From the sequence record NC_016163.1: a stretch of 64,000 nt of DNA. One strand, written 5' to 3'. The notes beneath the pieces are model-generated. The model made no database searches. It was given only the letters and a program-made list of their open reading frames with translations, and had not been told where the DNA came from. The position numbers and the translations under genes are program-made. Shown here in pieces: positions 18,532-28,271 of the stretch (its first letter is position 1; each line of letters opens with the position of its first letter).

Positions 18532-19195
18532 GCGAAAGCTCCTTAGTTTCATTTATGAAAGACAATAGTTCTACAAATTCTTGTTGTATATCTGAGAAAC
18601 TTATACAGCGGCGCTGAACTTTCAATAAGCTATCACCTGTATTAAGTTTTTCATCAATAATTTTTATCAGCTGAAAAAGATTCACTTTATCAGTAAATTG
18701 CTCAAATGATTTTAAAAATGGATTAGTTACATCTACAATTCGAGCCACTAATTCTTTATTAGCATAGAATTCTAAATCAACTGTAGGGTCATCATTACCT
18801 GTACGAATTTCAACACTAATATCAATATTATTATAAATACTATTAACTATAGGGAAAATGTTACTAGTTAATGTATCCATGTCGATTTCGTCATTAGTAT
18901 ACTTTAGGAAAAGTATCCAGATTTCTTTATATACTTTTACAACTGAATGTAAAAGATTATAATTATCATTTACTGCTTCCATCAAGTCTACAGCAAAATT
19001 ATTTTTATTAATCTTTAATACTCCTGGGAGCTTAAAGTATTTAAAAATAGTAGGAATAGAAGACATTTCAAGAATATGGATAAAATCCATTAACTTTACA
19101 CGATCTTCGGTTTCTAAATTCATATTTGGTACTTCGATGGAAATGCGCTTTTGAGAATCTTGTATTAACATTTTTATTGTCTCTTTTAAGGACAT
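18524..19195 (-). CDS. hypothetical protein
   Basis: 223-aa ORF with SD. Confidence 0.8.
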   Translation of the reverse strand: MSLKETIKMLIQDSQKRISIEVPNMNLETEDRVKLMDFIHILEMSSIPTIFKYFKLPGVLKINKNNFAVDLMEAVNDNYNLLHSVVKVYKEIWILFLKYTNDEIDMDTLTSNIFPIVNSIYNNIDISVEIRTGNDDPTVDLEFYANKELVARIVDVTNPFLKSFEQFTDKVNLFQLIKIIDEKLNTGDSLLKVQRRCISFSDIQQEFVELLSFINETKELSHE

Positions 19196-19213
19196 CCATG
19201 TCCTTATGTTAGC

Positions 19214-19972
19214 TTACCATTTGGCTTCAAGAACTTCTAAGAAGGCTTCTTTTGTAGGGCTACTATAGCGGCGAGCTGCAGCCTTAGCCATATCTTTATC
19301 AATCATCATACCATTAGTTGGTTTGATCTTATTGATAAATTCAAGTTCTACAAATGGTTTTGCCATAATAGCAATAATATTTCTGGTAGGGAATTTACCA
19401 TCGAAACTAACGTTTAAGACAATATCACTTTCATCCTTAAAGCGAAGAATTGTCTTACCATCTTCAAACTCTACCAGACCACCAATTAGTTTAGAGCCAT
19501 ATTTGAAACGTAATTCGTTCATCATGCTATCAAAACAATTAGCTGCCGGAATCAATTTAGAAGTATAAACAGAGGCAATATTTAATACAGGTAAAAGCTT
19601 TTCCATTACAACTGAGTAACCAGACCAACTACTAGAATTAGGATCTTCGACAAAGTTGAATGTGATATTTGATGCAGAAGAAAATACATTACAGCGGATA
19701 ACTGGATCACGGTCATCAAACTTAGCCAAGCTCAAATCGCTAAGTAGATTAGTTAATGCTGTACGCATTTCTACATTTCTTACCTTATTGAACATATCAA
19801 GGAAAGAACCTTGCCAAAGAGAAACTGCGGCCATTGCACGGCCAATTTCTGTCTGATTAGAAACATCAATCTTATAATTAATTACCAGATTAACTCCATC
19901 TGGTAAATTCAAAATTGTTTTTACTAACTGAAATCCGACAGAAGACTTTTTATTGAAATTATAATCATTCAT
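19214..19972 (-). CDS. hypothetical protein, probable paralog of 19988-21310
   Basis: Shares a V.F.DG.T.L.F...VSF...P segment with its neighbour. Confidence 0.8.
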   Translation of the reverse strand: MNDYNFNKKSSVGFQLVKTILNLPDGVNLVINYKIDVSNQTEIGRAMAAVSLWQGSFLDMFNKVRNVEMRTALTNLLSDLSLAKFDDRDPVIRCNVFSSASNITFNFVEDPNSSSWSGYSVVMEKLLPVLNIASVYTSKLIPAANCFDSMMNELRFKYGSKLIGGLVEFEDGKTILRFKDESDIVLNVSFDGKFPTRNIIAIMAKPFVELEFINKIKPTNGMMIDKDMAKAAARRYSSPTKEAFLEVLEAKW

Positions 19973-19987
19973 TACTACAAATCCTTC

Positions 19988-21310
19988 TTAGTGGAAAGCC
20001 ATCAATTGTAACAGAGTCTTCGCATAATTTACATCAATATCACTATTGGATGATTCAATAAAGCGAGTAACTGCAGAAGCGGTAGTCTTAGAAATACCTA
20101 AATGTTCAATCAAACCATAGCTGATTTTTTCTTCTACTGCATTACAAAGTTTGATCAAACGATCACTAGGTAAAATATTTGGAGCGAAAGAAACTACTGC
20201 TGAGTTATCAGTATCTTTTTCAATGAATGTCAGCTGGGTGAGACCATCTACAAAAGCTACTTTGATAATCATTTTACGAAATGCTTCTCTAGCCACTTCG
20301 CTCTTTAGCTCTTTAGTAAAGCTTATTGCATTTTTGTTGAATTCTGTTACAAATTCAACATAGCCGAGGTTCTTACTAAGTTTATTATAGAAATATTTAT
20401 GGATTGACTTAGTCAATTCCAACATGTAGTTCATATTAACTTGATCAGGATCATCGCTATTAGCATTAGTTACTTCAAAAGATTCAACTGAAATATTATT
20501 ATATGAAGCTTTAAGGATTATAGAGATTTCCAAATCCAAATTAACTACATTTTTCTGATCATAATATTTCTTGATATCAATAAGCAACTCTTCAAAGAAA
20601 TGAGTAATTTGATTATACTTAGCCATATAATCTGGATGGGCCGCATGTAATGCCACAAATGACGGATGAGTCAAAGTGATATTATATGTATTATTTTTAC
20701 CTTCATTAAAATAAGTAAATTTAGAGCGTTTAGCTATTTCTAATGATCCAGAAGAAACCTTCTTACTAGCAACTTCTAAAGCTGCTTTAGGATCTGCCAC
20801 TTCTGATAAAGAAATAACCTCCAAACCAATATCAAGTAAAAACTCATCAAATTCAGATGAGAGTTTTGTAATTACTTCATCTTGTTTATTTGGAGATGCG
20901 TTAATTACATCAATCAAATTATCAGTAATCTTAATTAGCTCATTTCCAAAGCGATCATTGATAATATCTTTAACTTCAGAAGGAATAATTCCAGATTCCA
21001 TAATGAAGCTACTTGTTGCATTTGTAATATCAAATTCTACTACAAAATTTCCCATTTGTGAAAGAGACTTAGTGAACTCCGAGAAGTTCTCTAAACGCTC
21101 TGTAAAGTCAGTCAGTAGCATAATAATAGGATTTGATACTAACGGCTTATCCGCATCAATATATTCTACCGGAATATGGATTGAAAAGTACTGCCAACGC
21201 TTATTACTCGTACAACCCAACTGGAAGAAAGAGTTCCCATTAATATGGAAAGGACGTGAAAAAGGTTTCATGAACTTTGATGCCACTAATGGATGTGAAT
21301 AAGAACTCAT
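19988..21310 (-). CDS. hypothetical early protein
   Basis: 440 aa; first gene after the minus-strand ATATATTAT at 21367-21375. Confidence 0.85.
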   Translation of the reverse strand: MSSYSHPLVASKFMKPFSRPFHINGNSFFQLGCTSNKRWQYFSIHIPVEYIDADKPLVSNPIIMLLTDFTERLENFSEFTKSLSQMGNFVVEFDITNATSSFIMESGIIPSEVKDIINDRFGNELIKITDNLIDVINASPNKQDEVITKLSSEFDEFLLDIGLEVISLSEVADPKAALEVASKKVSSGSLEIAKRSKFTYFNEGKNNTYNITLTHPSFVALHAAHPDYMAKYNQITHFFEELLIDIKKYYDQKNVVNLDLEISIILKASYNNISVESFEVTNANSDDPDQVNMNYMLELTKSIHKYFYNKLSKNLGYVEFVTEFNKNAISFTKELKSEVAREAFRKMIIKVAFVDGLTQLTFIEKDTDNSAVVSFAPNILPSDRLIKLCNAVEEKISYGLIEHLGISKTTASAVTRFIESSNSDIDVNYAKTLLQLMAFH

Positions 21311-21526
21311 GTCAATCTCCGTTTTTAAATTAGTATATTCTTACTCGTTAAAGAGTAATCAAAATTATAATATATCTTTATTTTTAGTCTTATTTACATT
21401 CATGGAACATACAAAAAATTTAAAACTAATAACAGTAATTTGTGTAGAGAAGTTATCTTAGTATAAATTTCATACATATATTATTACTAAGATAAATTAA
21501 AGAATTAAAATTACAGGAAAATTAAA

Positions 21527-21964
21527 ATGAAAAGAGCATCAGTTACCATCATTCAGTCCCGATTTACTAAAAGGATTGCTATTGTAAAAACTCGTAAGAA
21601 AGGTTATGGTCTTCCTGGAGGGAGTGTAGAAGAATCTGATTATTTTAAAGAAGATGATCATGATCTAGCTCACTATATGGCAGCAGTACGTGAACTTAAA
21701 GAAGAAACTGGTATTGATTGCCGTGATCTTTCCAAACTAGAAACCACTGTGTTCGTTAATAAAAATGATAATTCTGAACATGAAGTAGTATTTTTTGTAG
21801 GCCATGTCGGTAAAGAATTTCGTCTTTCTTATAATATTAAAGAAAACACTGCTCGTTGGATGAGTATTGAAGATTTCAAAGAAGAAATGAGACATAGTTC
21901 TTATAATTCTGTAAATGGTAGTATGATTGATATCGCCATTTCCCGTGGTTTGATTATTAATTAA
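21527..21964 (+). CDS. Nudix hydrolase
   Basis: LPGGSVEE...AAVRELKEETG Nudix box with an insertion. Confidence 0.93.
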   Translation: MKRASVTIIQSRFTKRIAIVKTRKKGYGLPGGSVEESDYFKEDDHDLAHYMAAVRELKEETGIDCRDLSKLETTVFVNKNDNSEHEVVFFVGHVGKEFRLSYNIKENTARWMSIEDFKEEMRHSSYNSVNGSMIDIAISRGLIIN

Positions 21965-22023
21965 TAAAAGATCCCTAATATACGAGGCTGTATATTAGGG
22001 GTTTATTTTCAAAAGGTACTAAG

Positions 22024-24813
22024 ATGTTAATAGAAAGAATTAAACTTGTTAACTTTAAAGGTATTTACTCAGGTATGGGTATAAAAGAAATCGAAATTGA
22101 TTTCAAGAGTAATCCATGCCGTAAAATAATGCTTGTAGGCGAGAATGGTAGAGGTAAAACCGTTATCCAATCAGCACTTACACCTTTCAGTGAAAACTTT
22201 GATAAGCGTAAAAATATCATCATTGAGGGAACAGAAGGTCTTAAAGAAATTGATATTCGTAATGGAGAATATCTATATGAGATTAGACATTTTTATGCAC
22301 CTAAAAAGAATAAATCTTTTATCACTAAAATAGATTCTGAAGGTAATAAAGAAGACCTCAATCCAGCTGGTAATGTTGGTAGTTTCCTTAAAGTTGTAGA
22401 GCAGGAATTAGGTATTACCAAAGATATTATGAAACTTGTTAAGCTTAGCGATAAAGCTTTAAGTTTTATTGATTTTATTGCATCTGAACGCAAAGAATTC
22501 TTAGGTCAATTTGTACCAAGTGTTGATGAATATTTGGTTGCGTATAAAAATACTAATGATAAACTAAATAGTCTTAATAAAGATATCAAATATATCGGTA
22601 ATGAGTTAGACCGTTTAGATAGTAAAGAAGATTGTGAAAAAAATCTTAATCTGATTGAAGGTAATATAGCTCGCTTAAACAAGCAGCTTAAATCTGCAAA
22701 TACGGCTATAGCCAAATTAGAAACTGATCTTTCTTCTATGTCAGAAAGTGAAGAACGTATTACTGAACTAACTAAAGAAAAAGTACGTTATGCTAAAGAA
22801 CTCAAAATATTGCAAGAGTCTTTAGAAGAATTAGATGAAAACGCTAAGAAAGCTTTCTCTAAAAGAGACTTCGATTTAGAACAGATAACGGAACTACTTA
22901 ATACCGTAACTACCAATTTAGCATCTTACGATGAAGAGCAAAATAATTCATTCAAAACTTTATCTAAGTTAGAAAGTAATTGCCAATCTCTTTCAGATAA
23001 TATTAAGAATTTGCAATCTCAAAAGAAAAAGATTCTTAGTGAAGTAGAGTCTTCTGAAGAATCTGATTCATTAAGAGAAACATTAGAAGAATATAAATCT
23101 AACCTTTCCAATGATGAAGACATTATAGAGTATGCAGAATCTACTACTATTCAAGAGATTCAAGATTCTATTGATGAATACCGTTTGGCTATTGCATTTC
23201 TTGAGAATAATCTAGCTACACAACGTAATAATAAACCATCACTTTCTGTAGAAAGCTTACTTATTGATGATGTTTTCAAAGATTTATCTAAAAAGAAATT
23301 TAACCGTGTAGGAATGATTTCTACTATTGAAAAACATCTTACTCAGTTGGATGGAATGAAAGAAGGTCTAGATGAACTCCATGAAGCTTGTGGAAATGAT
23401 CTGGAAGATGCTCAAGGAGAAAATATTGAGTATAAACACATTGCCAAACATCTAGATAAATGTACATGTAAGGGTAAATGTGGTTTAGTTGAATTCATCC
23501 AAGATAATCTTACTAAAGACAGTAAACAGGAAAAAGTAAATAAGCTTCGTAAGAAACTTAAAGAAATTACTGAGAAGATCAATCTTGTTAATGCAGATAT
23601 TAAAGAACTCAAACGCCTTGCAACTTTCATTGAGAATATCGACTTAATGAATAATGACAAAGGATATGAGATCTATAAAAAATATTCAGAAAATGATGCT
23701 AATGCTCTTGAGCTAGTATTTACTATGGTATCTAAAGATATCACTAGTAATGTTAAAGACTTTAAAGAAGCTATTGATTTCTTACAGAAGTCATTTAATC
23801 ATAAAGTTGCTGAATCAAATATTGCTAGTACTGAAAATAAACTCAACCAATTTTCTCAGGTTGAGTCATCTATTAAAGAGATTGATAAGCTCATTAAGAC
23901 CAGTCAAGATTCTTTAGATAAAGAAGAGCCTTTATGTGAGGAAGCTCGTTCCAAATATGAAGAACTTACTAAACGTATTAGACTAGTAACTCGTTCTAAA
24001 GAATTCATTGAGAAATGTATTAAAATTCTCAATGATATTCAAAATAAAGAAGCTTTATTAACTCCTATTGAAAAAGAATTAGATAAGCTTAAAAAGAAAA
24101 TTAATGCTATTCTTGATATCAAAGAGTCTATTAAAGATGCAAATGATAATCTTGAATCTATCCAAGCATTAATTGACAGTGAAACTGATAGTGCTAATGC
24201 TCTTAAGGTTAAAATTAAGCGTATTGAAGAATTCGAAGAAAGACTTCAAACTATTTTAAACAACAAAGATAAGTTAGCATTAATTAAAGATGCACTAGAT
24301 GTACGTACAGGTATTCCATTAGTATTAGTAGGTAGTTATCTTGAACCTATTAAGCAAAAGACTAATGATTTCCTATATATTGCCCATAAAGGAAGATTCT
24401 TTATTGATTTTGAATTAACTGATAAAGAATTCAATATTCCTATCTATAAGAACGGTATCCTTAATTCAGATGATGTAGCTGAATGTAGTGGCGGTGAATC
24501 ATCATTGATTAAGATATCTCTTTCAATGGGTATTATTAGTCGTATCTTTGAGCTAACTGATAATCGTTTTAATATTATCTATCTCGATGAATTGGATGGT
24601 GTACTAGATCCTCGCTCCAGACCACTATTCCTTAATATGCTTGATAAACAGTTAGCTATGCTAGGTAGTGAACAGTGCTTTATCATAAGCCATAATGATT
24701 CATTTGATAGTGAAGAAATTGGTCTGATTATACTAGATGATAGTATTGATCATAAGCTTGAAGATGAGTCGTTTATGGACAATAAACATATAATTTTTAA
24801 ACTAACGGATTAA
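22024..24813 (+). CDS. sbcC: SbcC/Rad50-like SMC ATPase (recombination nuclease subunit)
   Basis: GENGRGKT Walker A, long coiled coils, Cys cluster CTCKGKC at the apex, CSGGE signature, YLDELDGVLD Walker B/D-loop. Confidence 0.93.
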   Translation: MLIERIKLVNFKGIYSGMGIKEIEIDFKSNPCRKIMLVGENGRGKTVIQSALTPFSENFDKRKNIIIEGTEGLKEIDIRNGEYLYEIRHFYAPKKNKSFITKIDSEGNKEDLNPAGNVGSFLKVVEQELGITKDIMKLVKLSDKALSFIDFIASERKEFLGQFVPSVDEYLVAYKNTNDKLNSLNKDIKYIGNELDRLDSKEDCEKNLNLIEGNIARLNKQLKSANTAIAKLETDLSSMSESEERITELTKEKVRYAKELKILQESLEELDENAKKAFSKRDFDLEQITELLNTVTTNLASYDEEQNNSFKTLSKLESNCQSLSDNIKNLQSQKKKILSEVESSEESDSLRETLEEYKSNLSNDEDIIEYAESTTIQEIQDSIDEYRLAIAFLENNLATQRNNKPSLSVESLLIDDVFKDLSKKKFNRVGMISTIEKHLTQLDGMKEGLDELHEACGNDLEDAQGENIEYKHIAKHLDKCTCKGKCGLVEFIQDNLTKDSKQEKVNKLRKKLKEITEKINLVNADIKELKRLATFIENIDLMNNDKGYEIYKKYSENDANALELVFTMVSKDITSNVKDFKEAIDFLQKSFNHKVAESNIASTENKLNQFSQVESSIKEIDKLIKTSQDSLDKEEPLCEEARSKYEELTKRIRLVTRSKEFIEKCIKILNDIQNKEALLTPIEKELDKLKKKINAILDIKESIKDANDNLESIQALIDSETDSANALKVKIKRIEEFEERLQTILNNKDKLALIKDALDVRTGIPLVLVGSYLEPIKQKTNDFLYIAHKGRFFIDFELTDKEFNIPIYKNGILNSDDVAECSGGESSLIKISLSMGIISRIFELTDNRFNIIYLDELDGVLDPRSRPLFLNMLDKQLAMLGSEQCFIISHNDSFDSEEIGLIILDDSIDHKLEDESFMDNKHIIFKLTD

Positions 24814-24815
24814 TT

Positions 24816-24974
24816 ATGGAATTTTTCATTACATTATTCTTATCAGGTTTTTACTTTGGCATTGGCTGGATCGTTGCCAGTAAGCATTATACTACAGCAA
24901 ATAATATGTTGGATGCAATCCTCATGTATTATTTGTGGCCAATATATCTATATAAAACACGTAAGAAGAAATAA
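24816..24974 (+). CDS. 52-aa membrane protein, absent from the ORF track
   Basis: MEFFITLFLSGFYFGIGWIV...LWPIYLYKTRKKK; hydrophobic segments and a basic tail; followed by the hairpin at 24980-25009. Confidence 0.65.
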   Translation: MEFFITLFLSGFYFGIGWIVASKHYTTANNMLDAILMYYLWPIYLYKTRKKK

Positions 24975-25083
24975 GTTAGCCCCATATCCTTCCAAAGAGG
25001 GATATGGGGTTATAAAACCATTTTTATTGATATATTATTTTATTGTAGTTTATATACTAATTTAATAATATATTGGAGGTTTT

Positions 25084-25635
25084 ATGTTTCAAGATATTTC
25101 TGAAGTAATTGAATTGGAAGGACTAAAAAAGTCTGAGCCTTTAGCAAAATACTTTGTTAGATTTTATTTCAGTTCAATACTTTTGAATAGGCATTTAACT
25201 AGGAAGATTATAGCAAGTTTTAATTTAAACTGGAAGGATGTAACAAAATCTTCTAAAAAGTCTTCTAAAAAGTCTTCTAAGCCTAATGGTAAAATTATTA
25301 TTTCAGCAGATATCTATATTGATGAAGAAGATAAACAATTAAAAATAGTTTTTTATAAAGATATAGCTATTGGAAAATACCAATGCAATTTATATCTAAA
25401 CTTGAACAATTCTAATATTCGCTTAGGTAAAGAAGTGGTTGAAGTTCTTACCAAAAAATATAAATTTTCAGTTAAGTATAAAAGGGAGTTTAATCGTTTA
25501 GTTAAACCAGTCACCAAAGAAAAATTAAATAAAATACCATATGTTAACTATGAGCGTATGTTATTGGAAACTATGGAAAGAGATGAAGAATTAAATTCAA
25601 CTACTATATTCTTAAATTATACAAGTAGTAAATAA
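25084..25635 (+). CDS. hypothetical early protein with a KSSK x3 microrepeat
   Basis: Early motif at 25030; GGAGG SD. Confidence 0.8.
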   Translation: MFQDISEVIELEGLKKSEPLAKYFVRFYFSSILLNRHLTRKIIASFNLNWKDVTKSSKKSSKKSSKPNGKIIISADIYIDEEDKQLKIVFYKDIAIGKYQCNLYLNLNNSNIRLGKEVVEVLTKKYKFSVKYKREFNRLVKPVTKEKLNKIPYVNYERMLLETMERDEELNSTTIFLNYTSSK

Positions 25636-25739
25636 TAAGTTCATTTCCTCTGTATCAAAACGATACAGAGGAAATTATAATTCTTTTTTTAGTAATATAT
25701 TATAATAATGATAAACTTTATTAATAAGGAGTTAAACCA

Positions 25740-26180
25740 ATGTTTGTAAATATTTCTAGTACTGATAAAGTTAAAGAACCAGATTCAATATCTGAATGCT
25801 TTATTCGTCCTAATGGAACAGGCTTTTCAATCAATATGGCATTAGCGAAGTTGATATCTAAAAATTATAATAATAATAATAATAATTCAAATTATAGTCA
25901 CATCTATTTTAAAATTAATAATTCAAATTATAGTCACATCTATTTTAAAATTGATAAAGATTTTGAAAATAGACTTTTAAAATTCACTCCTACCAAAGAT
26001 TGTGTAGGTAATTTTCGTGGAACCATTACTACTATGTCAGGTTATAGTAGTCGTATTTCAGTTCCAGGACGAGTTATGCCAGTAATCCATAAAGATTTAG
26101 ATTATGTACGTCTTTACGTAAAAGAAACTGAAGTCGATGAAGAAACTCAGAAACTTAAATCTTTCATAGTAGGATATTAA
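25740..26180 (+). CDS. hypothetical early protein
   Basis: Early motif at 25695; AAGGAG SD. Confidence 0.8.
   Translation: MFVNISSTDKVKEPDSISECFIRPNGTGFSINMALAKLISKNYNNNNNNSNYSHIYFKINNSNYSHIYFKIDKDFENRLLKFTPTKDCVGNFRGTITTMSGYSSRISVPGRVMPVIHKDLDYVRLYVKETEVDEETQKLKSFIVGY
25881..25952 (+). repeat. perfect 36-bp tandem duplication (NNSNYSHIYFKI x2) next to an (AAT)n tract
   Basis: aataattcaaattatagtcacatctattttaaaatt occurs twice, head to tail. Confidence 0.97.
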
Positions 26181-26181
26181 A

Positions 26182-26346
26182 ATGCTTTTTGCAGTAAATG
26201 TATACTCTTATGGACTATTCCATCAAACTATCTGGATATATGAAGATTCTTTGGAATCGGCTGAAACGGCTGTAGAATCTTTGAATCTAGTAGATATGGA
26301 TGCATCCTTTGTCTTGACAGGTGAAACTAAACCATGTGGAAAATGA
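26182..26346 (+). CDS. 54-aa hypothetical protein, absent from the ORF track
   Basis: AGGA SD; MLFAVNVYSY...TKPCGK fills the intergenic gap. Confidence 0.6.
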   Translation: MLFAVNVYSYGLFHQTIWIYEDSLESAETAVESLNLVDMDASFVLTGETKPCGK

Positions 26347-26690
26347 TCTCAGTATTGCTATTTACTTTAGTTATTACTGGTTGTGATTCAGCTCCAGTGA
26401 CTGAGGCTACTTTTAATAATTCAGAAAACAATCATAACTTTGCCAATCCAATTAAAGCAGGTACGCTTCCTGATGGTAGAGACGTGTTTATGGTAGAAGT
26501 AGCTCCTACAGGTTATTCTAATATGGTAATCTTCTTTACAGAAGACCATGAATCTACAACTACAGTAGAGTTTAAAACTAGACAAAATGGTAAGACTCAA
26601 GAGACATATAAGCAGACTCAAGTTTTCCTAAACGGGTCTTATCATAATAAATGTGAATTAGCTAGTAACTGTAAAGGAAAAGATTATTGA
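26334..26690 (+). CDS. lipoprotein
   Basis: Signal peptide MWKMISVLLFTLV with an ITGC lipobox. Confidence 0.8.
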   Translation: MWKMISVLLFTLVITGCDSAPVTEATFNNSENNHNFANPIKAGTLPDGRDVFMVEVAPTGYSNMVIFFTEDHESTTTVEFKTRQNGKTQETYKQTQVFLNGSYHNKCELASNCKGKDY

Positions 26691-26779
26691 GTGAAATAAT
26701 AGGTTATATTTCATTATGTACTTTAGTTTCAATAATTGTTAGTGCAGTCATCATAGCTTCAGTAGTTTATTTATATTAA
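26687..26779 (+). CDS. 30-aa single-pass membrane peptide, absent from the ORF track
   Basis: TTG start overlapping the previous TGA; AAGGA SD; MSEIIGYISLCTLVSIIVSAVIIASVVYLY. Confidence 0.55.
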   Translation: MSEIIGYISLCTLVSIIVSAVIIASVVYLY

Positions 26780-26790
26780 GGAATACAATT

Positions 26791-27615
26791 ATGTCTATTA
26801 GTCTTCAATTAAACGGTTATGCTTCTAAATTAGAATTCTTTAGCTTTCCGGGCGGTGAACGTCATGTTAAAATTAACATGGGTACAGTACCCCAAGCTAA
26901 AATCAATAAAGTTTCTATCTATGTGGATTTACACTGTCCAGAAGCTATGGTAGATATGATGTTACTTAACAATGCAGTTAAGCATCTGGATACATTAGAT
27001 CATACAGCTCATCGTACTCTGATTATTCCGTATCTTCCTTATGCTCGTCAAGACCGTATTGCAGTTAAAGGTGAGCCTCTGTCTCTCGAAATGATGAGCG
27101 AAGTTATCAATATGATGGCTTTTGACGAGGTTTATGTTTACGACCTTCATAGCGACGTTTCGGCCTATTCTATTAAGAATTTACGTGAATATAAGCAGCA
27201 CCATGTTGCAATAGAAAAGATTGGACGTGAATCTATTCTTGGTAATCAATATGTAGTATGTTCTCCTGATGGTGGTGCTCTTAAGAAAGTCTATGAGTTT
27301 ATGGCTTCTGCAAATATTCCTAGTACTGATCTAGTAGTAGGGATGAAACACCGTGATGTAGCTACTGGTCGTATTAGTGGTACAACCGTAGTAGGAGAAG
27401 AACGAGTTAAAGATCGTAATGTACTGATCATTGATGATATCTGTGACGGCGGTATGACTTTCATCAAATTGGCTGAAATTCTTAAAGCTAATGGCGCTAA
27501 CTCCGTTCACCTGTATGTTACTCATGGTATCTTCTCTAAAGGTAAAGAAGTTCTTTATGAAGCAGGTATTGAAAAAGTTATTGCCTTCCAAGATTGGACT
27601 CTTATGGAGAAATAA
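26791..27615 (+). CDS. prs: PRPP-synthetase-like protein, probably the NARP1 Adps
   Basis: FPGGE, PYLPYARQDR, DLHS, SPDGGA, LIIDDICDGGMTF, YVTHGIFSKG. Confidence 0.95.
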   Translation: MSISLQLNGYASKLEFFSFPGGERHVKINMGTVPQAKINKVSIYVDLHCPEAMVDMMLLNNAVKHLDTLDHTAHRTLIIPYLPYARQDRIAVKGEPLSLEMMSEVINMMAFDEVYVYDLHSDVSAYSIKNLREYKQHHVAIEKIGRESILGNQYVVCSPDGGALKKVYEFMASANIPSTDLVVGMKHRDVATGRISGTTVVGEERVKDRNVLIIDDICDGGMTFIKLAEILKANGANSVHLYVTHGIFSKGKEVLYEAGIEKVIAFQDWTLMEK

Positions 27616-28268
27616 TGAGCGCTGATAAAATTTATGGTGTAGCCATAAATGATGCCAATTATCAAGTAAGAAAAACTAAATGGGAAAATGGAAAAACCAT
27701 TCAGTTATGGATATGCCCATACTATAAAGTATGGATGAGTATGCTTGTAAGATGCTATTCTGAAAAATATAATTCCCAATACAAATTCAAGTATAAAAGA
27801 AAAGTTTGTAAATCATGGCTGACTTTTAGTAACTTTAAAACTTGGATGGAAGATCAAGATTGGGAGGGAAAAGATCTAGATAAAGATATTTTTGGTGAGG
27901 GAAGCGGTATATACTCTCCCAAAAATTGTATTTTTATATCTCCTGAATTGAATAAATTCTTTAATCTACGATCTAATACTAGAACTGAAGATGATTTACC
28001 TGTAGGAGTCAGCGCTAATCATAAGCGTGGCAAGCCTTATGTTTCGTCTACTAGGGTACATGGCAAGAAAAAACAGTTAGGTCAGTTTGATGACCCGTTA
28101 GAAGCACATTTTGTGTGGTTAGCTAAAAAGATTGAATTATTAGAAGAAGTAATTTCTAATGAAACCAATCCTAGACTTATTAATCAGTTAAATAAGATTA
28201 ATAATCATTTGAAACAATCTTTGAAAGACAAAGTAACTTTAACTAGCTTTTATTTATCTAAGGATTAA
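27615..28268 (+). CDS. free-standing HNH-type endonuclease with an AP2-like C-terminal domain
   Basis: YKVW.SML.RCY, VCKSW..FSNF..WM, DLDKD, YSP.NC.F, LP.GV, LG.FDDPLEAH pattern. Confidence 0.8.
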   Translation: MSADKIYGVAINDANYQVRKTKWENGKTIQLWICPYYKVWMSMLVRCYSEKYNSQYKFKYKRKVCKSWLTFSNFKTWMEDQDWEGKDLDKDIFGEGSGIYSPKNCIFISPELNKFFNLRSNTRTEDDLPVGVSANHKRGKPYVSSTRVHGKKKQLGQFDDPLEAHFVWLAKKIELLEEVISNETNPRLINQLNKINNHLKQSLKDKVTLTSFYLSKD

Positions 28269-28271
28269 ATT

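Noticed and set aside
24856-25065. 69-aa ORF from the track
   Set aside because: TTG start, runs through a terminator and a promoter; the 24816-24974 frame explains the region better
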